Positions 37,500 through 49,455 of a stretch of DNA of 64,000 bases are shown piece by piece. The stretch is from Podarcis melisellensis (lineage: Eukaryota): the NCBI GenBank assembly GCA_964234715.1, contig OZ174291.1, one strand, 5' to 3'. A program made the translations under genes and the position numbers. A model generated the notes under the pieces. That model was not told the DNA's origin and made no database searches. It was given only the letters and a program-made list of their open reading frames with translations. The stretch's first letter is position 1. Each line of letters starts with the position of its first letter.

Positions 37500-39000
37500 A
37501 CTTCACCCCAGAGGGTTTGCAGCCAAATGCAGAAAGCAGCCAGGAACAGGGAGGCTTTGATGTTAGGCAGGCAGAGGAGAGCCGGCAGCTGCAGAAATCG
37601 GCTCTTCCTGACCTTGATGGGCGAGCTGATAAGACAGTAGCTGAGAGCAGCCTAGAACATGGCCAAAGCGCGCTGGAAGCTCAAATGGGCACGGACAGAC
37701 AAGGAGACAGTTGATCGTAAAAGGAAGCGGCTGGCACTAATCCAATCTCTCCAAGGAGTCGGCGAGTGGGAGGGCTTCTAGATAGGAAGCAAAACAAAGG
37801 ACACAAGGGGCGTTGTTTCAATATATTATTTAGATACCGGAAGAAGGGCCATCATGTGTAATGACGCTGGAGGCTTTGTTAGAGCCATCCAGAGCTATCT
37901 GTTGGTTTTTGCAATAAACCCTCCTTTTTAATTATCTACCCTCACTGTGTTCTCAAGCTGGGAACCTGGACTCGTGACAGAATGACCCTTCTCTAAGTTC
38001 TTTGCATTAGTTGGCAAAGGAAGGAGCCGATAACAGAAGAACAACAACAGCTCCCCATGGCCGTGTCGGTGGGTGCAATCGAAAGACAGAACCCGCCTGC
38101 AGATCCTTATCAGGTCCTTTGGCAGCAAAATCAGGAGTTGAAGCTGCCGCTAACCAGGTTGGAAGGAGTGTGAGGGGGGCAGTCCAGGCAGCTGATGGAG
38201 GTATATGGAAGGCAGACGTCCAAGAGCCTCATAACTCCCCCCCCCCCCGATTTTCAGGAAAGCCTTCAGAGATGTGGCCTTCAAAACAGCCTGCTTGTAT
38301 TTCCTAAGCCTCCAAGGGCCTGAATTCCATGATGGTAAGGACAGGGTGTCATTCCTCATTAGCCTAGTAGAAGAAGAAGAAGAGGAGTTTGGATTTGATA
38401 TCCCGCTTTATCACTACCTGAAGGAGTCTCAAAGCGGCTAACATTCTCCTTTCCCTTCCTCCCCCACAAGAAACACTCTGTGAGGTGAGTGGGGCTGAGA
38501 GACTTCAAAGAAGTGTGACTAGCCCAAGGTCACCCAGTAGCTGCATGTGGAGGAGCAGAGACGCAAACCCGGTTCACCAGATTACGAGTCCACCGCTCTT
38601 AACCACTACACCACACTGGCTCTCAGTAGAGGCAGGGGCTCAGCACTTTGTGACTCCCTGAGGTTAAGCAATGATGAAGTACTTGCCAATTAGGATGCTT
38701 TCATAAAAATGATGGGCAGTATTTATCTAGATCCTTTACCGGAAGAGGCACTTGCCCAGAAGCTCATGAGCCTCAAACAGGGAAACCAGACTGTGCCAGC
38801 GTTTGGGGTGGATTTTCAGATGTACATCCAGCAAGAGGGATGGGAGAGAAAATCCCTGGTTGCATTATACAAGGAGGGTCTGAATGAGCAGATTATGGAT
38901 GAACTGGCTGGGATTCCCCTACAGACTACGCTGCAGGGTGATGGGGAAGCCTCCTTGCAGCTAGGACAGAGATTGCAGGAACATGCCAGGGTATGCTGAG
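37500..39000 (+). mobile_element. Ty3/Gypsy retrotransposon relic (LTR 3' part ending TGACA ~37978, then gag remnant)
   Basis: ORF 38709-38999 has the retrotransposon-gag signature L.QG..TV..F...F......W....L...Y..GL...I.DEL; upstream PPRFSGKP; interrupted by a SINE. Confidence 0.7.
38370..38624 (-). mobile_element. tRNA-derived squamate SINE with (CTT)n tail
   Basis: Minus-strand head GAGAGCCAGTGTGGTGTAGTGGTTAAGAGCGGTGGACT, (GAA)n on plus strand, TSD AGTAGA; partial inverted copy ~61110-61283. Confidence 0.75.
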
Positions 39001-39548
39001 GACAGGCAAGAGGACATGATCACTTCCTTCCAAGGTCCCCAGTACTTCCAATTCAAAGACCAATTCCTGCCTATTAGTGAGGATCAGGTCCAATGTAGAT
39101 GATCTCCTAGCTGCTTCCTTCACCTTATGGGCAATGAAATGATCAGCGAAGCAAATGAATTTGTTGGGGATTATATTCTTGGGAGTGTGTGAATTTCAAC
39201 AGTTATGCAAAAGCCTCCTCTCAGCCCAATTTAAGGGAAAGATACACCAAAATATAAGAGATGCTTTATCATTTTATTTGTTGCCATGCAAGCAGGTAGA
39301 TTCTACGACAGCAGAAGGTTTAGAAATGTAGCAGCGAGAGAAAAGAGAAAGAGTCAAACAAAATGAGAGTGTCATGAAGGCACCATTTCAAATGCCTTGC
39401 TAGAGATGGCTCCTAGGAGAATAGCTGGACGATGAGTGCAAGGAGTCAACCAGTAGCCCTTGAAGTCAGTACTCATGGTGGTAGAATTATTCCTTGGTCT
39501 GTATGCTGTAGACTCCCTGTTTGCATTCAGAGCTTCCCTTGGGGTTCT

Positions 39549-39776
39549 TCAGCATTTGCATTGCTTAGGATAGCAGCATTTGCAACCACAGCAGGAAGAC
39601 CCGCAGCACCCGGAACCACAGCAGGGGGAAGAGCAGCAGCAGGGGGAAGAGCAGCATTGCTTGCAACAACAGGGGGAGCAGCAACACTGCTTGCAACAGC
39701 CGCAGCCGCAGCAGGGGGTACAGCAGCACTGCTTGCAGCAACAAGGGGAGCAGCCACACTGGCAACAGCAGGACAT
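39549..39776 (-). CDS. Ultra-Cys-rich EDC protein, subfamily B copy 4, 75 aa
   Basis: MSCCCQCGC...CCYPKQCKC, 38/75 Cys; donor 40944-40945, TATAAAA 41020-41026. Confidence 0.9.
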   Translation of the reverse strand: MSCCCQCGCSPCCCKQCCCTPCCGCGCCKQCCCSPCCCKQCCSSPCCCSSPCCGSGCCGSSCCGCKCCYPKQCKC

Positions 39777-40073
39777 CTTGAGGGAGAGAAGGAAGCTTGA
39801 GCTGCAGGAAATCAAGGGATCACCAGTTAACTAAGTGCTACATCATCAGATGTTTTGAAGACACATTTTACTGGTGCTTTGCATTAAGAGCTGCCTATTT
39901 CCTCCTACTCGTGACACAGCTGAAATAATTTCCCTATGTATATGGCAAAGATTCGCTTGTTCTATAAAGCATTGGGGAAACATCTGCCTGCTGTATACTT
40001 GAAATATATCATGGGTGAAATATTCCACCTCAGTTGATATGAGAAGAAGTTTACATCTTTAGGGAAGATATTA

Positions 40074-40303
40074 CAGTGGTACCCTGGTTTACAACCTTAA
40101 TTCGTTCCGGACGTCCGGTTGTAAACTAAAACAGGTTGTAACCCAAGTCATGCTTTCGCCATTGGGGCCTCCCCCCTCCAAAATGTGGTTGTAATTAAAA
40201 AAAAGGGTTGTAATCCAAAAAAGGGACACACACTTCCGGGTTTTATATGGTTGTAATCCAAAACAGTTGTAATCCAAAACGGTTGCAAACCAAGGTACCA
40301 CTG
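40074..40303. mobile_element. Tc1/mariner-type MITE in intron of B4
   Basis: CAGTGGTACC...GGTACCACTG TIRs, TA TSD. Confidence 0.8.
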
Positions 40304-40497
40304 TACTGCCATAAGGAGTCCATTCAACAGCCCAGAGGCAGGGAAAATGGTCAGTCTGCAATAGCACAACTTATGAAAATGCAGCGTCCATCACACAGAT
40401 ATGGTGAAGAGATAATTACATGATCCCATCAGGTAAACCCCAAAGAACCTACAAGGAGTCTGTTATTCAAACCACTTTTCACCTTTGCATTAAAGTA

Positions 40498-40761
40498 CAG
40501 TGGTGCCTCGCAAGACGAAATTAATTCGTTCCGCGAGTCTTTTTGTCTTGCGATGTCTTTCGTCTTGCGAAGCACAGTCCGTCCCAACTGCGCCTCTTCA
40601 AGCGGCTTTAGGAAAAAAGTGAACAAACTCGCAAGACATTTTCGTCTTGCGAATCAAGCCCATAGGGAAATTCGTCTTGCGAAGCGATGCAAAAACCGAA
40701 AAACCCTTTCATCTTGCACATTTTTCGTTTTGCGAGGCATTCGTCTTGCGGGGCACCACTG
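40498..40761. mobile_element. Tc1/mariner-type MITE in intron of B4
   Basis: CAGTGGTGCCTCGCAAGACGAA...TTCGTCTTGCGGGGCACCACTG TIRs, TA TSD, CpG-rich (young). Confidence 0.85.
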
Positions 40762-40945
40762 TATGGCAGTTGAGATGTTGAAATCTGAAACACTAACATA
40801 ATCCCATTTTGAGACAGTTGACTACTCTGTCCATTTGATTCAGATGCATTTCACAAGACCAGAGCTGGAGTACCTGCTCAGAATATTCGTTTCCCTGCAA
40901 TGAAGGAAACAAGAAGAATGAATAAATATTTGGAGACAAGCTTAC

Positions 40946-42041
40946 CTTTGTTGACTATAGGAAGTGGTGTGTGGATGTTGGATCCAGAGAGTGAATGAAG
41001 AACTCCAGGATTGTGGTCCTTTTATATGGCTCTGTGAACCCTTCCGCAAGCCATAAGGCTCTACTCATGAATGAGAAGCTCTACATTAAACCTTGACATT
41101 GGCCTCCACCACACATTATTAGCTGGTGCGTGATCTGTGACTGTATTCACAACCCCTATTATTTATCTATATAAATACAGAAAAAATTAAAACTGCATTC
41201 TGGAAACACTGTAATTCTCAGCCTGGATTAAAGGGTGAATGGTAGCAGTTGCCCATGTTATTATTTAATATGTAGCTTTAACAAATGTTCATTACAGTAC
41301 AAAATTAATTGCTAGACGAATGCAAAACATTTGGGCTATATCTAATGACTGTTTTCCAGCTTTCAATCACCCAGAAAGAACATGACAGCCTAATTTGTAC
41401 CAGACATCTGAGCTGTGTAAAAGCAATTGGCTTGTATTCAGGTGAGTTCTACTTAGAGAAGGCCCACTGAAATTAACAAACCTAAGTTAGCCATTTCTAT
41501 GGAGTTTAATGGGCTTGCTCGGAATATGACTTGCAGTGGCTGCTACCCAGTGACCTTAAAACAACTATAATTTTAAATCATTGTTTAATTAATGTCACTT
41601 TATACATTCTATGAGGTTGTACTAAGAAAGAATGGCCTAAATGTTGTGTCCACAGGTAAAGAGTCTGAAAACTAAATCCCTTAGGCACCAGATCTTTCAC
41701 AGAAGCCCATATGATGCCTGTTCTTCTGAACATATTTGATTTCAAGCAATCCCATAAGTGCCCCCTTTGGACAGAAGGGAGAATTAGAGTGTTGCTACTG
41801 CAGAATAGCCTTCATCACCTGACTTTTAAAAGGAAGGATGTGGACACAGTCAAGGATCACGCACCAGATGATTGTGTGGTAGAGGCCCATATTAAGGTTT
41901 AATGAAGACCTTGTCATCATTGTGTGGTTCATAATTGCTTGCGGAAGGGTTCACAGAGGTGTATATAAAGGCCCCCATTCAGGAGTTCTTCACTCATTCA
42001 CTGGATCCAACATCCACACCAAATCTGACAACTGAAAAAAG
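40946..42041. promoter_or_regulatory. Divergent promoter region of pair 4 with both first exons
   Basis: TATAAAA 41020-41026 (-), TATATAAA 41962-41969 (+), donors 40945 (-), 42042 (+). Confidence 0.8.
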
Positions 42042-42932
42042 GTATGTTCTGTCCCACTATCTCTTCATTTTTTTGGTTCCAGGAGAGGTATGGTCTTGAG
42101 GATGTAGTCTAGCAGCTCTGGTTTTTCAATGCAACTTGCTCACTATTTATCTTACTCTTGGTGACAAATCTTGGTCTCCTGCCACATGGGGAGGTGTGCA
42201 TGGAGAAAAGCGTGATTTCTTAGATGCTAATTCAAATTCAAAATTTACTTCTCTCTTGGGCATGTAGAATGCAAGATCTCAAACAGGTCTTCTGGGTACA
42301 CCATTCCTTATAGAACATGGCAGGGGGTTGGACTCGATGACCCTTGTGGTCTCTTCCAACTCTATGATTCTATGTCTTTATACATTCATAAAGAAGCTAA
42401 GATCTTGCCTTCAGGCCTCAGGTTTGTCAGAATTTTAGGACTAGAATGTTTGCCTACTATTGTCTTGCACAGGATCTAAAATAGGTTTGGGGTTTTTCTG
42501 ACCAAGGACACATTTCAAATTGATCTACAGCTATAATGGTTAAATGTAATTCACCTGTCAGAAATGTATGTTTTGAGGAAACCAGCAGGGCCTGTGGCTC
42601 CCGATGGAGAAGGAGGTGGTTCCTGAACAGTCTGTTGTGCAATTCCTGAAATGGCACAGCACACCTGAACGGAGCAAGAATCAAGGATAAACGTGCTAGA
42701 TAAGCAGAAGGGTACTGATGCATAGCCAAGACAATACTGCATCCCATTTTGCTAACGAAACTGTAGTTTTAGGATCACTCAGAGGGAAACATGATGTGAA
42801 AATCATGTCTTTTCTAGTCACCTGAATGCAGAGCATCTGTCTACAGTGTTTTAATATGCATGAGGACGTTGTGTTTACTTAATGGGGAATCCCTTCTTTC
42901 TTTCAGCTCCGCCTTCCCTCTCCACCGCTAAG

Positions 42933-43166
42933 ATGTCCTGCTGCTCCAATTGTTGCTGCTCTCCCAGCTGCTGCCCCTGCTGCTGTTGCTGCACTCCCAG
43001 CTGTTGCTGCACTCCTTGCTGCTGCTGCACTCCCAGCTGTTGCTGCACTCCCAGCTGTTGCTGCACTCCTTGCTGCTGCTCTTCCCCCTGCTGCTGCAAC
43101 TCTTGTGGCTGTGGTTCCTGTGGCTGTGGTTCCTGTTGCTGCTATCCTAAGCAAGGCTGTTGCTGA
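42933..43166 (+). CDS. Ultra-Cys-rich EDC protein, subfamily A copy 4 (divergent, CCCTPS repeats), 77 aa
   Basis: 40/77 Cys; acceptor AG 42905-42906; AATAAA ~43433. Confidence 0.9.
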   Translation: MSCCSNCCCSPSCCPCCCCCTPSCCCTPCCCCTPSCCCTPSCCCTPCCCSSPCCCNSCGCGSCGCGSCCCYPKQGCC

Positions 43167-45184
43167 GGAATTTTCAGTGAAGTGTTGTGAGCTGCTGCCT
43201 CCTCCATGCTGGCGGAGTCCTTGGATTAATCTGTTCCTGTGCCTTAAGTGTATTCCTGCCTCCTTCTTCAACCCTTCATTCTTCTCATCTCCTTCTTACT
43301 TTGCTTTGTTTTCCTTCAAGGAGGCATGCCAGTTGCCTTCTCTTTATCATCATGGTGGTCCTGGGTGCCATTCTCTTTTCATCTCTTTGAATAACTCCAC
43401 TGTGGAGAAAATAATCTATGTATACAGCAGTTAATAAAAATTCTAAAGCATAGTACAGAGTCTTGTGTTCCTTTGCCTTGAGATGGGGAATGTGTCATAG
43501 ATCACTGCATAAGTCATCTGCTTTGCAAACATCTCCTGATGAAGGGCTGCTGGACTAGAAAGAATCAGAAGCTGAGCTCTTGAGGAGGACATCTCCATCT
43601 CACATACAATATTGGGAAATGGGCCATAGTTCATTGGAAGGGCCCATGTATGACACATATAACATCCCAGGTTCACTAGCTGTTATCTCTCCTTGAATAA
43701 ATGGATGTAGGAAAACCCAGTAGCAACAAGACCCATTGTCTGAGATCTGGTGTTGGAACACTAAAATCTGATTTAATTGATGTATAGTAGGGATTTCCTG
43801 ATAGGCACAATCTGCAGGAGGCTCTCTCTTGCAAATCATTCTTTAGTGGTGCCTCACTTCATAGGGAACTTCATGGTGAGTTGAAGCAAGAGCCCTTTGT
43901 CTCAGAGCCCTGGAAGAAAAATGCTAGATCAGACAAAAATGGGGATCCTTAGATCTAACCTATGGTAATAGTAGTGTGAGGGACATGGCTGAATCGAACA
44001 CCTGGGAAGAGTCTGACTGTGGAGATGAAGGAATGCCACAGTCGGACTCTCGAGATGAGGCATTGCAGCCACAGACACAGCAGGAGTAGGTTAATTCAGC
44101 CCCCCTTTATCAAGAGTTCCCAGACTCAGATAGAGCAGCAGACTCGGAAAGCTTGCAGTCAGAGGGAGGGGAGGAGATAGATGACATTGAGGAATTTGCT
44201 ATGCAACCGGGAGGTAGGCAATATTTAGAGGGATCTTCGTTTGATAGCGGGGGGGGGAGGGGGAGTTCACCCACCTTCTCCCCAAACCAGAAGAGCTGAA
44301 GGGTTAAAATGCAACAGAAGTACAAGAGAAGAAGGCCTGGACTTTGGCGCCCTTCGTTCTGAGAAAGGGGCGGAGACTCAGAGTGACCAACTCATAGCTA
44401 AGAGCAGCAGGCTTGGAGCCATGCTCTGGATGTTAGTTGTAAATAAACGTGCCATGAACCTGCCAGAGACTCATTAATTCTTATTGGAGCTTGCTTGCCT
44501 GCCTGAGATCATTACAAGTAGTAGCCGTAGCAGCAGTATTAATAAATGTTTACAATGATTTTGTTTATTAAGAAGGAGAGAGTCCATGGCCACAGGAATC
44601 CAATGCCAGATGTTCTGAGCAGGCTGAGGAATCAATAAGCTCTCAGTTCTAATACAACTGGGGATTTGAGACTGGCGATTAGGCCACCAGGATATTGTAG
44701 GATTCCAACTCCCAGCAGCCATTGCCAGAATGGCCAGTGATAAAGGATGGTGGGAATTGTAATCCAGAAACATCTGGAGGGGCCACACATTCCTCATCTG
44801 TGCTTAAGGTCCTGGATTGACCGAGCAACTCATGTGTTGTCCATTCATCCCTATGGGTGCCATTTTGGCTAGGCGGTGAGAATTACAAGGTTAACTACAA
44901 AGAAACAGCTCTAATGAAGGGTGTGTGCACAGTCAACACCAGATGATGTTGTAGTCGTCTTCTTCTCTGGAAGGGTCAGGCTGGGGAGGCAGCCTCCACC
45001 ATTCCTCCCCTGCTCAGCTGCTGACACTCTGTCACAGAACCTTGAAGGACAAAATAAATGTCCTGATGGATCAGACTTAGGTATGGGTGAGTCTATCTAG
45101 TTTAGCAGCTGGTATCCCACAGTGTCCAAACAGATGTTTCCTGTTTTCTGAGGGGTGTTGTGTGTGAGTGTGTAGAAGTGTGCC

Positions 45185-45326
45185 AGTTACAGATAGGTAG
45201 CCGTGTTGGTCTGCCATAGTCAAAACAAAAAAAATTCCTTCAAGTAGCACCTTAAAGACCAACTAAGTTAGTTCTTGGTATGAACTTTCGTGTGCATGCA
45301 CACTTCTTCAGATACACTGAGTGTAT
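45185..45326 (-). mobile_element. Penelope-like terminal-repeat fragment carrying a minimal hammerhead motif
   Basis: Flanked by direct repeat TAGAAGTGTGCC (45173-45184/45327-45338); absent from paralog ~13610; GGTAGCCGTGTTGGTCTG end resembles squamate Penelope repeats. Confidence 0.65.
45278..45315 (-). ncRNA. Minimal type I hammerhead ribozyme motif
   Basis: GTAT-CTGAAGA-A-GTGTG-catg-CACAC-GAAA-GTTC-ATAC: stem I GTAT/ATAC, conserved core, stem II, minimal stem III. Confidence 0.65.
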
Positions 45327-45974
45327 TAGAAGTGTGCCGTTATCCTTTTTATTGATGCCATGAGAAACAATATAAATGAATCAGAGTGTATTTGCAAGCT
45401 TTTGTTTAGTCCACAAACATTACTTAATTTCGTTATTTATTGAAATATTGTGTTTCTGTTTAAATGTATTGAAGTCATTTGCATAATTAACTGCATTAGT
45501 TTTTGGCCATAGCAGAAAGATGAAGAACAGAATAATGGAAGCTGAACTGTGGAAGAATGGAAACAGTGACTGTGACTAACTATTCATGTGGCAAATATCT
45601 GTCTCCATACATCACTAGATACAACCTAGTAGCAGCATTAATAATATATATTTTTAGCAGTGATGGATATATTTATTAAGAGAGAGCAAGCACATGAGCA
45701 GAAAAATCCAATGCCAGATGTTCTGAGCAGGCTGAGGAATCAATAAGCTTTCAGTTCTGAAATAAATTCATAGGGTTGGGATTGGGAATTGGGCCACCAG
45801 GGTATTGTAGGATTCCAGCTCCCATCAGACCTTGCCAGAATGGCCAGCAATAAAGGATGGTGGGAATTGTAGTCCAGAAACATCTGGAGGGGCCACACAT
45901 TCCTCATCTGTGCCTAAGGTCCTGGACTGACCGAGCAACTCATGTTGTCTATCCATCCCTATGAGTGCCATTTT

Positions 45975-46237
45975 GGCTAGGGGGTGAGAATTACAAGGTT
46001 AACTACAAAGAAACAGCTCTAATGAAGGGTGTGCGCACACTCAAGGATCATACACCAGATGATGTTGTAGTGGAAGCCAATGCCGTGTTTTAATGGAGAC
46101 ATGAGCATTCTTGAGTAATGGCTCACTACTAGGGGAAGCAGTCGCAGAGCTGCATAAGAAGGTCCCCCACCTGGTAGTTCTTCACTCACTCAGAGAATGC
46201 CATATTGAATCTTGTTTCTCATACTAGACAACAAGGT
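45975..46237 (+). pseudogene. Orphan promoter/exon-1 relic of a third paralog type
   Basis: Aligns to A promoters (CACA.TCAAGGATCA..CACCAGATGAT, TTTAATG, GTTCTTCACTCACTCA), CATAAGAA at the TATA position, CAAG|GTTAG; truncated copies ~14255-14462 and ~44865-44955. Confidence 0.55.
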
Positions 46238-46873
46238 TAGCTGTATGACATCACTTATGCAAATAATTGAGATATTAGTGAATCAAAGGACAATCCCAGA
46301 CTCACAGCTGTGATGGACAGAGTGAGACAAGGTCCCAAGGAGGTCTATCAAAAGCTCGTCTTTTGCCAAGGGTCTCGTGATTGCTGCAAAGAAAGCTAGG
46401 ATATCCCACTGAGGTATGGATTCATTTAGGACCCCAGTGTTTATGAACTTAGAGTATAGTTCAGTTCCTAGTGGGAGGCAGAATTCATATATATGGTTGA
46501 AGAAATCCATGGGCTAAAAGAGGAGATCTTGGAGGAGGAGGGGTGATCAAATCAGTTGCTATCTTCAATGTTATCAAAATACATTAGCCTGGATCCACAA
46601 GTAGCACTCAAAATGATGCACTTCAAAGTATAATCTCTTTCCTTTCATAGCCATCCAATCAACGAGGTTTGCAGGAGAGAGTCTCATGCAACTACCACCT
46701 ATCAGGAAATCCCTACTACACACCAATTTAATCAGGTTTTTAGTGTTCTGATTTTAGAACTCCTTCCTGCTACACACCAGACAGGTGCCTCTGATGGAGA
46801 TCTGTCCTAGACTTCAGTCAAAGGGAATTGCTTCTCCCCATTCTCATTACATCCATTTGCTCAGGGAGAGATA

Positions 46874-47310
46874 AGATCCACTATCCTGTAATATGACATA
46901 TGGTATGTACAGTTGCCCATGGTTTTTTATATTGATTTTGCTGTAAAAATGTGTGAGATTACGATGTTGTATTTATTTGCATTACCTACAGCCTGTTCTA
47001 CTGATGAAGCCTAGGATGGCGAAACAAGGCTAATATTCCGGAAATCCTTGTCTTAGACTCTGTGAAAGGATTCTGTGGAACTGTAACAACCTTCATGTGG
47101 ATTATTGGACTCTATGAACAGACAGGTGGAATAGACACTTATACATGTATGGGCCTTTTGCATGAACTGACCAGAGAATGAACTGATCCACAGGGTCTTC
47201 TGCTTTTTTTGTTGAACTTTATGAGACTTTCGTTGGAATCTACAATTTGATCCAATGAATAGTATACCTTATTTATTCAAAAGTACAGCTGGTTAGGTCT
47301 TGTGTGTTTA
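46874..47310 (+). mobile_element. ~440-bp non-coding insertion with TSD, containing a hammerhead motif (Penelope/retrozyme-like)
   Basis: TSD TCA(G/A)GGAGAGATA 46861-46873/47311-47323; empty sites at ~28420, ~43685, ~58962. Confidence 0.7.
46997..47057 (+). ncRNA. Type I hammerhead ribozyme motif
   Basis: CTGATGA 47001-47007, stem II GCC/GGC, GAAA 47021-47024, stem III CAAGG/CCTTG, GTC cleavage triplet 47050-47052, short stem I TCTA/TAGA. Confidence 0.65.
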
Positions 47311-48394
47311 TCAAGGAGAGATACTGGCTAGTGATCCTTGGATGTTACATGTGTATCAGGGCCTGGCTAGATAAGGAGGAATGGTGGGAGGCTACAGCCA
47401 GCGGGAAAAGGACCCCCCCACCAGGGGAACATCAGAGGTGGAAGCCTCTGAGCCAGGACAATGATAGTGGGATACAGGACAGTTCAGAGAAAGAAGGGGA
47501 ACAGACAGGCTGGAGGCTGAGCAAGCCACAGTTTTACGTTAGAGTAAGGCAGCTGAGGAGGAGGAGGGGCTCAGGCTGTGACAGATCCACAGCAACCTGC
47601 CAGTTCCACTATTTTCCTCTCTCCTCTCCTGGTCTCCAAGAATGAGGAGGATGTTACATGAGCAGAACGAAAGGCACAGAGAACCTCTCCTCAAATGCGT
47701 TTGTGATGGTTAGGAAGGCAGCTGGCTGGGGAAGAGGCATAGGAGGCTCAGATTATCAGTTCTGGCAACTGTTTCATCAGGCTAGTCCTGCCAGTGGAGA
47801 TCTCTTGTTTGTGTTTCATATCTCGAATTGAGAATTAACTTTACTGATCCTCTCTGAGTCCCAGTGCTGAACCACAGCTGAACCCGCCCTGACAGGGTGC
47901 GATGCATGTGCTCTCCCAATGAGATATGGCCCACTTCCCAATATTGTATGTGAGATAGAAATATGCTCCCCAGGAGCTCAGCCATTGAACTTTTCTAGAC
48001 TGGGAGCTCTTCAGCTGGAGATACTTAGAGAATACAAAGCTGATCACCTATTTGGGGATCTATGCCGTATTCTGCATCTAAAGGCAAAGGAATACAACAA
48101 GGCTATGTACCATGCTTTAGAATTTTTATTAATTGCCACAGGGAAAGGTTTTCTTTTCACAGAGGAGTTATTCAAGGAGATGAAAGGAGAGTGACTCCCT
48201 AGACAACCAAGGTGATAAAGAGAAGACATCTGGCATGTCTCCTTGAAGGAAAACAAAGCAAAGTAAGAAGGAGATGAGAAGAGTCCAGGGTTGTAGAAGG
48301 AGGCAGGAATAAACTTAAGGCACAGGAAGAGATGAATCCAAGGAGTCCACCAGCATGGAGGAGGCAGCAGCTCTCAACCCTTCACTGAACTTCT

Positions 48395-48604
48395 TCAGCA
48401 GCAGCCTTGCTTAGGATAGCAGCAACAGGAACCACAGCCACAACAGCCACAACCACAGGAACCACAGCCGCAAGAGTTGCAGCAGCAGGGGGAAGAGCAG
48501 CAGCAGCAAGGAGTGCAGCAACAGGAAGGACAGCAGCAGCAGCAGGGGCAGCAGCAGCACTTGCAGCAGCAGGGAGAGCAGCAACAATTGGAGCAGCAGG
48601 ACAT
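48395..48604 (-). CDS. Ultra-Cys-rich EDC protein, subfamily A copy 5, 69 aa
   Basis: 39/69 Cys; donor 49454-49455, TATATAAA 49528-49535. Confidence 0.9.
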   Translation of the reverse strand: MSCCSNCCCSPCCCKCCCCPCCCCCPSCCCTPCCCCSSPCCCNSCGCGSCGCGCCGCGSCCCYPKQGCC

Positions 48605-49455
48605 CTTAGCGGTGGAGAGAGAAGGTGGAGCTGAAAGTATTCAAGGGATTTCCCATTAAGCAAGCACAATGTCCTCATCCATATTAAAAACACTGTAGAC
48701 AGATGCTCTGCATTCAGGTGACCAGAAAAGACATGATTTCCACATCATGTTTCCCTCTGAGTGATCCTAAAAGTACATTTTGGTTAGCAATATTCCAACA
48801 TTTCTGCTGGGATGCAGTGTTGTCTTGGCTATGCATCTCTACCCTTCTGCTTATCTAGAGCATTTATCCTTGATTCTTGCTCAGGTCAGGTGTGCTGTGC
48901 CATTTCAGGAATTGCACAACAGATTGTTCAGGAACCACCTCCTTCTCCACTGGGAGCCACAGACCCTGCTGGTTTCCTCATGAACACACATGTTTGAAAG
49001 ATGAATTATATTCAACCATTATAGTTGTAGATCAATATGAAATGTGTGATTGGTCAGAAAAACCCCTGTCCCGCCCCCCATTTTAGATCCTGTGCAAGAC
49101 GATAGTAGGCAAATTTCTAGTCCTAAAATGCTGAGAGAATTGAAGCCTGAAGGCAGGATCCTAGCTTCTCTGAGAATGAGTTAAGGCATGTTTTGTATCC
49201 AGAAGACCTTTTTGAGATCTTGAATTCCTTGTGTCCAAGAGATTCTTGAATTTGAATTAGCATCTAAGAAATCATGCTTTTGTCCACGTACAACTCCCCA
49301 TGTGGCAGGAGGCCAAGATTTGTCACCAAGAGTAAGATAAATAGTGAGCAAGATGAAGTGAAAAACCAGAGCTGTTAGACTACATCCTCAAGACCTCAAG
49401 CTCTCCTGAAATCTAGGGTACCAAAAGAATGAAGAGATAGTGGGACAGAACATAC

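Noticed and set aside
36355-37500. Possible ERV LTR on the minus strand
   Set aside because: Has a poly(A) signal and one plausible terminus, but I could not identify the other end or a TSD
38709-38999. Domesticated gag gene (PEG10/RTL-like)
   Set aside because: Short, frame-broken, interrupted by a SINE and truncated by CR1 sequence; best read as a decayed Gypsy element
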